This document shows, piece after piece, positions 48,133 through 58,833 of a DNA stretch of 64,000 bases. Each line of letters starts with the position of its first letter. Positions within the stretch are counted from its first letter, which is position 1. The stretch lies in contig CBDCJO010000002.1 of the NCBI GenBank assembly GCA_965217865.1, positions 2,208,001-2,272,000 on the forward strand, given 5' to 3'. The stretch is from Candidatus Latescibacterota bacterium (GTDB lineage Bacteria > Latescibacterota > UBA2968 > SICM01). Under the pieces are notes generated by a model. That model was given only the letters and a program-made list of their open reading frames with translations, was not told where the DNA came from and made no database searches. Both the position numbers and the translations under genes were made by a program.

Positions 48133-48819
48133 TCAATCGTCGGAGTTCCCCCGGAGAATCAGGAGCCGAATAAGCTGAAGGACGGCCACGGTCGCTGCTG
48201 CCACGTAGGTGAGGGCGGCTGCGTTCAGGACCTTTCGGGCCAGACCGATCTCGTCAGGGGCGACGTAACCGAATCGCGTGAGGGTTTGAAGGGCACGACT
48301 GCTGGCGTTGTACTCCACCGGGAGAGTCACCAGGCTGAACAGCACGGCAAAGGAGAAAAGTGCGATTCCGATGTCGATCAGGAATGGCGCAGAGAGGAAA
48401 AAACCGGCCAGTAAAAGCGGCCAGGATAAGGTAGAGCCGAAGTTCGCCACCGGCACGAGGTTGCTCCGAATCTGCAATGGAAAATAGTGGCGCCCGTGTT
48501 GGATCGCGTGTCCGGCTTCGTGTGCGGCCACGCCCAACGCCGCGATTGATCGGGATCCGTAGACATCCTCGGACAGTTGCAGCGTCCGGTCGCGAGGGTC
48601 GTAATGATCCGTCAAGTTGCCTTCGATCGGCTCCACCGTGACATCCAGTCGGTTTTGATCCAGGATGGCTCGAGCAACCTGGGCCCCGGTCATTCCCTGT
48701 CGGGATGGGACCTCGCTGAATTTGGAGAAGGTGTGTTTTACTCTGTACTGTGCCCACAAGGCCAGGGCAATACCAGGGATGAGCAGGATCATGGTGGAGT
48801 CAAAGAAGAATGGAAACAC
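48133..48819 (-). CDS. YugP-like neutral zinc metallopeptidase (membrane)
   Basis: GTG after GGAGG; LTDHYDP, AAHEAGHAIQH, TLPVEYNAS.RA, VLNAAALTYVA. Confidence 0.92.
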   Translation of the reverse strand: MFPFFFDSTMILLIPGIALALWAQYRVKHTFSKFSEVPSRQGMTGAQVARAILDQNRLDVTVEPIEGNLTDHYDPRDRTLQLSEDVYGSRSIAALGVAAHEAGHAIQHGRHYFPLQIRSNLVPVANFGSTLSWPLLLAGFFLSAPFLIDIGIALFSFAVLFSLVTLPVEYNASSRALQTLTRFGYVAPDEIGLARKVLNAAALTYVAAATVAVLQLIRLLILRGNSDD

Positions 48820-48891
48820 GGGGCGAACCTCCTTCGAAAAACAGAAAAGACTTGAAACTTGAAACATAAAACAAGATACAATTCACGGCCT

Positions 48892-49824
48892 TTATTCCCC
48901 CAGGGATTCCCCGGGCTGGACCCGATATCCCCGAACCCACTCCGAACCGCTCATGCGTTTTTTACCCGAGGGCTGGACTTCTTCTAAACGAAGCCCGTGG
49001 TTTGAAGTCTGAACGGATACTCCCAACGCGGGATCTGCGGCCACAATTTCACCGCTTTGTCCCGGGGGCGCCTGCGGATCGAGCGCACCGCGGTGGATCT
49101 TCAAAATTCCTCCCCTCCAGGTCGTAAATGCCCCAGGCGTCGGATGCATTCCCCGGATCTGGTTCCGAACCGATTGTGCGTCCCGCGACCAGTCGACTCG
49201 CGCATCCTCACGTTTGATCGAGGGTGCCCGAGAAACTCCCCTGGAGGACTGAGGTCGCGGTGTCAGAGTCCCGGCCGCAAGTCCGTCAACGGTGTCCAGG
49301 AGCAGGTCTGCTCCGATGAACTTCAGACGGTCCGCGAGTTCTCCCGCGGTCTCGTCGGGGGCGATATCCACTCTTTTTTGCATCAGGATGTCGCCCGCAT
49401 CCACCCGGGGTTGGATTAGAAAGGTGGTGAGCCCGGTCGCGGTCTCTCCGGCCATTATTGCCCGGGGGATCGGAGCGGCTCCCCGGTACTTCGGCAGGAG
49501 AGATGGGTGCAGATTGACAGACCCTTGTCGAGGAATCACCAGGCTCTCTTTTGGCAGGATCCGGAAGGCCACGACGACGAACAGGTCGACATCAAGGGCC
49601 TTCAAGGCATCGATAAAGCGGACGTCGGAGATCTCCTCCGGTTGGAGGACGGGGAGCCCGAGTTCACGGGCAGCCGTCTTGACGGCTGGAGGGGCGAGTG
49701 CCCTCCCTCGTCCCTGGGGGGAATCGGGCCTTGTCACGACAGACACGATCGCGTGCCCCCTCTCGTGGAGGCGTCTCATCGAAGGGACTGCGAAATCCGG
49801 TGTCCCCATGAACAACAGACGCAC
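48892..49824 (-). CDS. fmt: Methionyl-tRNA formyltransferase
   Basis: FMGTPDFA, VVTRPD..GRG, NLHPSLLPKYRGAAPI, DAGD, VQPSGKKRM. Confidence 0.97.
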   Translation of the reverse strand: MRLLFMGTPDFAVPSMRRLHERGHAIVSVVTRPDSPQGRGRALAPPAVKTAARELGLPVLQPEEISDVRFIDALKALDVDLFVVVAFRILPKESLVIPRQGSVNLHPSLLPKYRGAAPIPRAIMAGETATGLTTFLIQPRVDAGDILMQKRVDIAPDETAGELADRLKFIGADLLLDTVDGLAAGTLTPRPQSSRGVSRAPSIKREDARVDWSRDAQSVRNQIRGMHPTPGAFTTWRGGILKIHRGALDPQAPPGQSGEIVAADPALGVSVQTSNHGLRLEEVQPSGKKRMSGSEWVRGYRVQPGESLGE

Positions 49825-49827
49825 GGA

Positions 49828-50211
49828 TTACCCGTTCGCCTTAACAGGCGCCTCGTTTTCGGATCGACTCTCTCCAGTTTTCACCTTGCGAGTGACCGCG
49901 CCCTTGGAAAGCTCGAATTTGACGTTGTCGGCAACTTTCAAGATCACGATTCCATCTCTTTCTTTAAACCCGACGATTGTCCCGTGGATGCCCCCTGTGG
50001 TGACAACCCGGTCCCCTTTCTGGAGGTCTTCGAGCATCGACTTCTGTTCACGCTGTCTCCGGATCTGAGGGCGGATGATCAGGAAGTACATGATCAGGAT
50101 GATCAGGAAAAAGGGGAAGAACGAGGCAAACATTCCACCCGGCCCGGGAGGAGCCCCTTCTCCACCGCCACCTCCCAGTGCATAGGCACTGTTAATGAAA
50201 AGGTCGATCAA
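49828..50211 (-). CDS. yajC: Preprotein translocase subunit YajC
   Basis: MYFLIIRPQ, LQKGDRVVTTGGIHG. Confidence 0.95.
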   Translation of the reverse strand: MIDLFINSAYALGGGGGEGAPPGPGGMFASFFPFFLIILIMYFLIIRPQIRRQREQKSMLEDLQKGDRVVTTGGIHGTIVGFKERDGIVILKVADNVKFELSKGAVTRKVKTGESRSENEAPVKANG

Positions 50212-50224
50212 GCAATCCTCCTTG

Positions 50225-51388
<1,164 letters not shown>

Positions 51389-51413
51389 TCATCCCCATCT
51401 GCTCAGGTCGAAA

Positions 51414-51443
51414 AATATACCAAAAGGGTGGATTAGGTGTCAA
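51414..51443 (-). promoter_or_regulatory. Sigma70 promoter for tgt-yajC-fmt
   Basis: TTGACA-N18-TATATT with an extended -10 TG on the minus strand. Confidence 0.65.
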
Positions 51444-51586
51444 GGCCTTAGACTATGTCGGTCGACCATTTTTCCCTTGCCTGAAATCACGAGGTGTGTT
51501 AAGATCACCGTAGTGAGCTTGACTACATACCTATGTCCGATTCGACTCTCTCCTCCAGAGAGGTCTTTTGACCCGGGACTGAACAG

Positions 51587-52033
51587 ATGTCCGTAACGAT
51601 CGGCATCGTGGTTTTCGTGTCTTGGATGGTTTGGGCGCTGGACCCGGAGGTTCAGGCCGGAATCGATTCCTCCGATACGATCTACCGAACCACTCGGGCT
51701 TCGCTCGATGTTGGGGGGGGGCAGATGACAGGTCCGAGTGGATTTCGGTTCCGAGAGACATCACTCGGATCCGCGATTCAGACGGGTCTCACCGAAGGTG
51801 AGTTTCGAATCACATCGGGTTTTATTCAGCGGACGAGTGTATCCGATGAGGTCGAACCTCTGGTTGGGGATTTTAACGGGGACGGAGAGGTCGAGGTTGG
51901 TGATTTTTTCCTTTTTGCAGCGGCTTTTGGATCGGTGGATCCGGAGTTTGACCTCGATCGGGACGGAAAAGTCAATTTTGACGATTTCTTTATTTTCGCC
52001 AGAAACTTCGGGATGAAGAGCGGTGAAGGATAG
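51587..52033 (+). CDS. Small secreted protein with C-terminal dockerin/EF-hand-like Ca-binding pair
   Basis: N-terminal hydrophobic segment; GDFNGDGEVEVGDFFLFAAAFG...DLDRDGKVNFDDFFIFARNFG. Confidence 0.8.
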   Translation: MSVTIGIVVFVSWMVWALDPEVQAGIDSSDTIYRTTRASLDVGGGQMTGPSGFRFRETSLGSAIQTGLTEGEFRITSGFIQRTSVSDEVEPLVGDFNGDGEVEVGDFFLFAAAFGSVDPEFDLDRDGKVNFDDFFIFARNFGMKSGEG

Positions 52034-52060
52034 GATGGGAACGGGGCCTGGCGGGGCGAA

Positions 52061-53572
52061 TCAATCCCATTCTCTCTTGAGGTGGCTGACGCCACGCACT
52101 GTTCCAAACCAAACGCCCCTTTCGTCTCTCATGACCGCCTGTACTTGTTCGTCTACGAGTCCGTCGGCCTTCGTAAAGCGCCTCCAAACCCCAGTCTCAG
52201 GGGTCAGACGCATGGCTCCGATCTCCGTGGCAATCCACACGTGGTTGTCATCTATCGCAATCCCTGCAATCGGTCGGTCCGCGAGCTCAGGGAGGGGGAA
52301 TCGGGTTGTCACCTGGTCGGTGGCGTTAAGACGAACGAGCCCCGGTGGGGACAGAACGGCAAACCAGACGTTGTCTTCGTATGATGTTACCGCCGTGATC
52401 CGATTTGATAGATTCCCATCCTTGTCCCGAAACCGCTTCCATTTCCTGTTGCCCACCTCGCATCTGAAGACCCCTCTGCTGGTCGCTGCCCAAAGGTAAC
52501 CTTCCCCTTCCTCCATGTCATAGATAAAGGTCTGCTTTCCTCCTGAGATCGCAAGTGTGGAGTCTCCATCGACATCCAGGAGGGCAAGGCCCGTCGGGGT
52601 CCCGATCCAGAGCCATTTCCCATCACGGAGAGCGTCGGTTACCGCCCTTTCGGGGACACCTCCGAAACGCCAGTACGTCCGCCAAACGTCCTTCTCTTTT
52701 TCGAATCGGACCAATCCATTGGACGTGGCAAACCAGATGTCCGATTCGTCCAACAGGATCGATAGCACGTTTGCGCCATCCAGCCCAAAGACCACACGGG
52801 GCTCGTGCGTCCGCCAAGTCCCAGTCCGGGTATTGAAACGGGTGATGCCCCCGCCCGGGATGGCCACGGGTCCGAAGGATCTTGTTCGCTGGACTTCAAA
52901 CGAGGACAGGCCCCCTTCCAGACCCCCGATCCATATATCATCCCCGTCTGCCATGAATGCCGTCACGTTGTTGTTTACAGGACCGTAGGGTTTCAGATTC
53001 AGGTTCCGGTGCTGAATATCGGCGAAGCCCACCCCCAGTCCCCAGGTACCCACCCAGAGACGATTCCAGCGGTCCTTATGGTGTCCCGTGATCCGGTAGG
53101 TCCGGGATTCGCGATCCCTGATCTTATCCCCTTCAACGATGAGCCCTGGTTCCAATATAAGGGAGTCCAGATTAAAACTTTTTGGAAGGTCATCCGTTGG
53201 ATCGACGGCCTCCTCTGGAAACTGGGCGGATGGAAAGATGATCTCGCTCTCGATCCCCAACCGATCGATGCCTGCCGGTGTGTCGATATAGAGATCGCCG
53301 ATCCGGTGGTCGTATGCGATTCTGCGCACGTTGTTGTCCCTCAACCCCTCTGCGGTGGTAAGGGGCCTTCCTTCTTTCCCCGTGAAAAGATTAAACCGCC
53401 GGACGCCGCCAGTCGTCCCGACATAGATCTCCCGGTCCCCTTCGGCGAAAGAGGTGACATAATTCATGTTCACATAAGTCGTCCAGGCCCTCAAGTCAGC
53501 TGCCCCGAGGTCTCCCGAAAGGCAGAGTGTCAGCAGAACTCCCCCAAAATGTCGCGTACTTCGAACATTCAT
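52061..53572 (-). CDS. Secreted beta-propeller repeat protein (Reg_prop-like blades)
   Basis: Signal peptide; repeated IYVGT.GG / LWVGTWG.G / IWFATSNGL / LWIGTPTGL and T.ADGL.D..V motifs. True start is about 53572; the longer ORF overlaps the rhomboid gene. Confidence 0.8.
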   Translation of the reverse strand: MNVRSTRHFGGVLLTLCLSGDLGAADLRAWTTYVNMNYVTSFAEGDREIYVGTTGGVRRFNLFTGKEGRPLTTAEGLRDNNVRRIAYDHRIGDLYIDTPAGIDRLGIESEIIFPSAQFPEEAVDPTDDLPKSFNLDSLILEPGLIVEGDKIRDRESRTYRITGHHKDRWNRLWVGTWGLGVGFADIQHRNLNLKPYGPVNNNVTAFMADGDDIWIGGLEGGLSSFEVQRTRSFGPVAIPGGGITRFNTRTGTWRTHEPRVVFGLDGANVLSILLDESDIWFATSNGLVRFEKEKDVWRTYWRFGGVPERAVTDALRDGKWLWIGTPTGLALLDVDGDSTLAISGGKQTFIYDMEEGEGYLWAATSRGVFRCEVGNRKWKRFRDKDGNLSNRITAVTSYEDNVWFAVLSPPGLVRLNATDQVTTRFPLPELADRPIAGIAIDDNHVWIATEIGAMRLTPETGVWRRFTKADGLVDEQVQAVMRDERGVWFGTVRGVSHLKREWD

Positions 53573-53574
53573 AT

Positions 53575-54258
53575 TCAGACCACGGTTAAGGGCAACCTCC
53601 TCCGCCTTGGGCGGAGGATCAGGAGTATTCCCGCGATGAATCCCCCAATATGGGCGAACCAAGCGACACCGCCCTGGGAACCCGGGTCTGACGAGGCGTT
53701 CAGGATCTGTACGATGAACCAGAATCCCAGGACGATCAGGGCGGGAACTCTTACAATCCGGATGAAGAACATAAACCAGAACAGCACCAACACGCGCGCT
53801 CGCGGGAAACAGACCAGGTAGGCCCCCAGGACGCCGGCGATGGCCCCGCTTGCCCCGATGAGGGGAACTCGGGATTCCGGTGCGGATGTGATATGGATCA
53901 GGGTGGCGATGATGCCGCAAACGAGATAGAAAAAGAAAAAACGGAAGTGTCCGAGGAGATCTTCGATGTTGTTCCCGAATATCCAGAGGTAGAGCATGTT
54001 CCCGCCCAGGTGCAAAAATCCTCCGTGCAGAAACATGGTCGTAATCAAGGTCAGAGCGAGGGGAATCGGTGTGGGTGAGATGGCATCTGAAAAATGGGAT
54101 ATCTCGAAGGGAATCAACCCCATTTTCAATGTGTAGACGGCGTTCCCGGTTGGCCCCAAAGAGATCTGATATAAAAATACAGCGACGTTCGTCAGGATTA
54201 AACCGACCGTGATAAGGGGTCGAGTCTGGGTTGGATTTTCGTCTTTGAGGGGGATCAT
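53575..54258 (-). CDS. Rhomboid family intramembrane serine protease
   Basis: MIPLKDENP, MFLHGGFLHLGGNMLYLWIFGNNIED, IGASGAIAGV, VAWFAHIGGF. Confidence 0.95.
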   Translation of the reverse strand: MIPLKDENPTQTRPLITVGLILTNVAVFLYQISLGPTGNAVYTLKMGLIPFEISHFSDAISPTPIPLALTLITTMFLHGGFLHLGGNMLYLWIFGNNIEDLLGHFRFFFFYLVCGIIATLIHITSAPESRVPLIGASGAIAGVLGAYLVCFPRARVLVLFWFMFFIRIVRVPALIVLGFWFIVQILNASSDPGSQGGVAWFAHIGGFIAGILLILRPRRRRLPLTVV

Positions 54259-54408
54259 GAAGAATAACGAATAAAATGAAAAAAGAATTCCATGGTCAAA
54301 AAAGATAAACGCAAACGCATTAAAAATCAAGCCTCAATGCACATGCCGGCGATGCCTGAAAAAATCCTTTGGGGGAGGATGGTTGTGTTTCTATATTTAC
54401 GGCTTGTT

Positions 54409-55026
54409 ATGGTCAGAGTGTCAAAAAACAAGGGCATGTTGGTGGTTGTGTTCGTGTGGCTATGGGGTTGTGGAGAGGTAGAGATCGCCGGGCTTGCAGC
54501 GGATGGAAGCCTGACCCAAGCCCGACTCGACTCGTTTTTTACCCTCTCATCGGGCGTGAATGTCCACCGCCGGAAGGAGATTCGCGCCCACCCAGAACGG
54601 GTCTGGGTCGTTTTGAGCGATTTCAATCGTTGGAGTGACTGGAATTCGAACATCATCGAGATGCGGTCAACGGAAGGGGAATCGTTTGAATGGGGCCTTC
54701 ATTTTACCCAGAGGCTGGCAACCCGGCCAACAACACTGACCCTCCAAGGGGTTATCGTTCGTTATATTCCGGGAAGGGAAATTGTCTGGAAAGGGTCAGG
54801 TTTGCGTCACCACGTTTTAAGCGCCACTTCCATCACCCCGGGAAGAGATGGGTGGACCGAGGTGGTTTGGCGTTTGAGGCTCGTGGGACCGGGGGTCTCA
54901 TTGCTTGAAGGCAGCATCCGTCGTTGGGCTGAGGCTGCCATCAAGGATGCGGTCGAGGGCCTGGCCGGCAAGTTTAACGAGCCTTCCCCCGCACCGGAAT
55001 CGCTGGGGATCGAAGCGGACCCGTGA
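54409..55026 (+). CDS. SRPBCC/START domain putative lipoprotein
   Basis: Lipobox-like LWGC; IRAHPERVWVVLSDFNRWSDWN, PGREIVW; start uncertain. Confidence 0.7.
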   Translation: MVRVSKNKGMLVVVFVWLWGCGEVEIAGLAADGSLTQARLDSFFTLSSGVNVHRRKEIRAHPERVWVVLSDFNRWSDWNSNIIEMRSTEGESFEWGLHFTQRLATRPTTLTLQGVIVRYIPGREIVWKGSGLRHHVLSATSITPGRDGWTEVVWRLRLVGPGVSLLEGSIRRWAEAAIKDAVEGLAGKFNEPSPAPESLGIEADP

Positions 55027-55075
55027 GGTCCGCCCTTCGTAATGGGTTGTCTTCCCCGAAACACCAGGAGGCTGT

Positions 55076-56368
55076 ATGCCAGTTGACATAACGGATATCG
55101 AGAGGCTGGTCCGAGAGCAAGAGGTCTGGAGACGGGAGAAGACCATAAATCTTATCGCGAGTGAGAACGCGATGAGCAGAGGGGTTCGGGACGTCCAGAA
55201 CTCGGACTTCATGGGCAGGTACGCGGAGGGGCACCCAAACGAAGAGGGGCAGATCAACCGATATTACCAGGGAACCGCCAAGATCGACGAAGTGGAAAGA
55301 ACGGCCCGCGAAGAGTTGAAGCAATTGTTCCGATGCCGCCAGGCGGATGTCAGACCTATCAGCGGGAACGCAGCCAACACCGCAATCGCGCTGGGTTACC
55401 TTCGGGGTGGGGACCCGATCATCGTCAACTCTACGGATGCCGGGGGACATATCAGCCATAATACCATCGGTACATTCGGCCGGCGAATTCAAGCCCGGGG
55501 AAGGCTTCTTTCGCTCGGGAAATCCAAATCCATCCCCCTCCATTTTTTTCCGTTGACCGAGGATCTTTACCACACCGATGTCCCGAAAAGCATCGATCTG
55601 ATTGAACAGGTCTCTCCCCGAATGGTCATACTCGGGAGGAGCCTTTTCCTCTTTCCGGAGCCGGTAAGGGAATTGTCCGAGATCTGTCACGACAAAGGGA
55701 TCCCGATCCTTTATGATGGTGCCCATGTATTTGGGTTGATTGCCGGGGGGCAGTTTCAAAACCCATTGCGCGAGGGTGCCACCTATCTGACCGCAAGTAC
55801 CCACAAAACCTTTCCCGGTCCCCAGCGAGGTGTGATCCTCGCGGACCTGGAGGGGGGTGCGGAAAAAACCTACTGGCCTCCCGCGGATCGAGGCGTCTTT
55901 CCGGGAAGCTCCAGCAACCACCACCTCCATACCCTTCCGGCGCTGGTGGTCGCGACGCGAGAGATGCAGGCACACGGCCGGATCTATGCTTCGAAAACCG
56001 CGGCCAACGCCAAGGCTCTCGGGCGTGCCTTGGACGAACAGGGGATACCTGTTCCGGCCAAGGGTTTCGGATTTACTCAGAGCCATCAGATCGCTGTGGA
56101 TGTGTCAAGTTTCGGTGGGGGTGTTGCGGCAGCTCGAGGCCTAGAGGAGAATGACGTTATCGTCAACTACAACATGCTTCCGGGGGATCGAGATGCCCGA
56201 AACCCGTCAGGACTTCGAGTAGGCGTCCAGGAGATGACCCGGTTTGGAATGGGAGAGGATGAGATGGGACGGATCGCGGAACTCATGGCCGCGTCGATCA
56301 GGGGGAAGAATATCAAGGCTGAGGTGAACGGCTTCAGGGGCCGTTATCTGGAGATGAACTACGTCTGA
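55076..56368 (+). CDS. glyA: Serine hydroxymethyltransferase, archaeal-like
   Basis: INLIASEN, RYAEG, RYYQG, GGHISH, YDGAH, STHKTFPGPQ, SNHHLH, TQSHQ, SGLRVG. Confidence 0.9.
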   Translation: MPVDITDIERLVREQEVWRREKTINLIASENAMSRGVRDVQNSDFMGRYAEGHPNEEGQINRYYQGTAKIDEVERTAREELKQLFRCRQADVRPISGNAANTAIALGYLRGGDPIIVNSTDAGGHISHNTIGTFGRRIQARGRLLSLGKSKSIPLHFFPLTEDLYHTDVPKSIDLIEQVSPRMVILGRSLFLFPEPVRELSEICHDKGIPILYDGAHVFGLIAGGQFQNPLREGATYLTASTHKTFPGPQRGVILADLEGGAEKTYWPPADRGVFPGSSSNHHLHTLPALVVATREMQAHGRIYASKTAANAKALGRALDEQGIPVPAKGFGFTQSHQIAVDVSSFGGGVAAARGLEENDVIVNYNMLPGDRDARNPSGLRVGVQEMTRFGMGEDEMGRIAELMAASIRGKNIKAEVNGFRGRYLEMNYV

Positions 56369-56395
56369 TATGGACACTTTTTGATAAGGAAATCC

Positions 56396-57520
56396 GTGGG
56401 AACACCTTTCGGCAAGGGATCGATCCATCAATCCGAAGCCCGAACGCATCGTGACGAGCACACGGGGCGTCGCATCATCCAGATCACGTCCCATCCTTCG
56501 ATCAGTCACAACCTCTATTTTCTGACCTCCTCTTTTACCCCAGATCAGGATTCGGTTGTCTTTTCGTCCTATCGTTCCGGACAGGTTCAGTTCTTTCGGG
56601 GGAAGGTTCCCGAGGGGGACATCGTTCAACTCACGGAAGAAGCGGGGATCAGCGGCTATTCGGGTGTCATGTCCGAGGATGGGAACACGCTCTATTACAC
56701 CGCCGGGGGGTCTATTCGTGCGGTCCACCTGAGGACGCTGGATGACCGTATCCTGTCCGGATGGGAGGGAGGAAATCTAGGTGAGTGCAGTCTGAGTCCT
56801 GACGGAAAGTTCATCGTCACGGCGATGAAGCGGGGCGGGCGTTCGTTTCTCACGGTAACGAATACGGATGGATCCGGGGGGAACATCATATTCGACTGTC
56901 CTCGCACGATTATTCACCCCCAGTTCCATCCTTCGGATCCGGAGTGGATCGAATATGCTCAGGACCCCGCACCCCGGATGTGGGTGATTCGCCGGGACGG
57001 GGGCGAGAACGAATGCCTATATGATAACGGAAACGAGGAATTCGTCGTCCACGAAACATACTTGGGATCAGGTGACGAACTCATATTTACGGTGTGGCCG
57101 TATGCGCTAAAGAGAATCAATCTCCAGACACGGGAAATCAACACGATCGCGCGGTTCAATGCGTGGCACATCGCATCAGATAAACAGGGCCGACGAGTCC
57201 TGTGCGACACGAACCACCCGGATACCGGACTTCATCTGGTGGATGTGGCCACAGGGGAACGCCAGGAAATCTGCCAACCGAAGAGTTCAAATCAGGGCAG
57301 CCAATGGAGGAAGGATTGTTACGCTTTAAAGGAGGACTGGGAGGCGGCATCCCAGGGGGACCGCGAAGAAAGCCTTTCCTGGATGGAGATGAAAGTGGAT
57401 ACGATCTACGGCCCGCAATGGACGCATCCTCATCCTTCCTTCAGCCCGGATGAACGGTGGGCGACATACACTTCGGACGTGAGTGGATATCCACAGGTCT
57501 ATGCGGTGGAGATCGGGTGA
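56396..57520 (+). CDS. ogl: Oligogalacturonate lyase-family (PL22-like) beta-propeller
   Basis: FGKG.......D..TG....Q.T, HNLYF...FT.D, HPQF.P, HE, WH, Q..HPHPSFSPD, YTSD..G.PQVY. Confidence 0.75.
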   Translation: MGTPFGKGSIHQSEARTHRDEHTGRRIIQITSHPSISHNLYFLTSSFTPDQDSVVFSSYRSGQVQFFRGKVPEGDIVQLTEEAGISGYSGVMSEDGNTLYYTAGGSIRAVHLRTLDDRILSGWEGGNLGECSLSPDGKFIVTAMKRGGRSFLTVTNTDGSGGNIIFDCPRTIIHPQFHPSDPEWIEYAQDPAPRMWVIRRDGGENECLYDNGNEEFVVHETYLGSGDELIFTVWPYALKRINLQTREINTIARFNAWHIASDKQGRRVLCDTNHPDTGLHLVDVATGERQEICQPKSSNQGSQWRKDCYALKEDWEAASQGDREESLSWMEMKVDTIYGPQWTHPHPSFSPDERWATYTSDVSGYPQVYAVEIG

Positions 57521-58734
57521 TCGGATAGGTTTCGGTCCTTTTGCACAGAGATTTGATCGCCATAGTCCGAGGGGATCGTCCTGATAACGGCCGAGGCGAT
57601 GACCCGATCGATGAGGGGGAGGAGGTCCAACCCGGCTTCCATTTCCCTCACACTCCGGACCTCGGCGTGGGTTTCGGGGTTCCGGGGAACGAAGAGCGAA
57701 CAACAATCCTCATAGGGTTCGATAGAGATCTCGTAGGTCCCGATTTTTTTCGCTTCTTCTATGATTTCCTCTTTGTCCTCTCCGGCCAGAGGACGCAGGA
57801 CCGGAAGGGACGCGGCATCGTTGATGGCGTGGATGTTGTCCAGAGTCTGCGAAGCGACCTGGCCGACATTTTCGCCGGTGACCAGGGTTTTCGCCCGTTC
57901 CCCGACTGCGATTCGCTCTGCAATCCGAAACATCGCCCGACGGTACAGGATGACACTGTGGGAGGAAGGGGACCCCTCGACGATTTTTTTCTGGACTTCG
58001 AGGAAGGGGACCATGTAGAGGATCGAACGATACTGGTGGCGGGTGAGCAGGGAGATGATCTCTTCGACGTTCCGTTGGGAATTTCGGCTGGTGAAAGGGT
58101 GACTGTGAAAGTGGACGAAGATGATCTCCACACCCCGTTTCATGATCCTGTATGAGGCGACCGGCGAGTCGATTCCCGATGAGATAAGGCTGACCCCCCT
58201 GCCGCTAACACCCACGGGTAGGCCACCCGGTCCTCGCAGCCGATCGGTATACAGGATGGCGATCTTCTCAACGATCTCGATGTGGCAGGTAAGATCGGGC
58301 TCATTGAGTTGGACCTTTGCCCCCGACCGGGTGCGAACGGCCTCCCCCACATCGACGTTGATCTCCACTGAGGTCATAGGATATCGTTTTTCGGACCGTT
58401 TGGCGTCAATTTTGAATGACCTGAAGGTGCGATCCTTGACTAGGTTCCACGCCGTCTCCCGGATTGAGCCGATGTCCTGGCGACACATTACGCCGTTGGC
58501 AACATAGGCGATTCCAAAAACCGTTTGAAGCCTCTGGCCAATCCGGTCCAGGGGGCTGTTTTTCGAGAGGCTGACGAACAGGCGACCGGAAATGCGCCGT
58601 ACGTCGGCGAAAGGAAGACCGGTCAACGCCTTGCGAATGTTATCGCAGAGCTGTTTTTCGAACCGGTCCCGATTCCGGCCCTTGAGGCCGATTTCATGAT
58701 AGTGAACGACGAAAATGCCTTCTGGGGAATCCAT
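57499..58734 (-). CDS. thiI: tRNA 4-thiouridine(8) synthase ThiI (THUMP + PP-loop, no rhodanese domain)
   Basis: HYHEIGLKGRNR, GPGGLPVG, ISSGIDSPVA, GENVGQVASQTL, RPL, IGTYEISI.PYEDCC. Confidence 0.94.
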   Translation of the reverse strand: MDSPEGIFVVHYHEIGLKGRNRDRFEKQLCDNIRKALTGLPFADVRRISGRLFVSLSKNSPLDRIGQRLQTVFGIAYVANGVMCRQDIGSIRETAWNLVKDRTFRSFKIDAKRSEKRYPMTSVEINVDVGEAVRTRSGAKVQLNEPDLTCHIEIVEKIAILYTDRLRGPGGLPVGVSGRGVSLISSGIDSPVASYRIMKRGVEIIFVHFHSHPFTSRNSQRNVEEIISLLTRHQYRSILYMVPFLEVQKKIVEGSPSSHSVILYRRAMFRIAERIAVGERAKTLVTGENVGQVASQTLDNIHAINDAASLPVLRPLAGEDKEEIIEEAKKIGTYEISIEPYEDCCSLFVPRNPETHAEVRSVREMEAGLDLLPLIDRVIASAVIRTIPSDYGDQISVQKDRNLSDHPISTA

Positions 58735-58833
58735 AAAAAATCCGTGAAAGGTGAGACGGTAAACGTGAAACGGAAAGATATCTCTGAAGGTCAATCGGGA
58801 CAAGAAAATCCTTGACCCGTTAGATGAACTTCC

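Noticed and set aside
55027-55075. ZTP or glycine riboswitch upstream of glyA
   Set aside because: Only 49 bp are available and the consensus motifs are absent.
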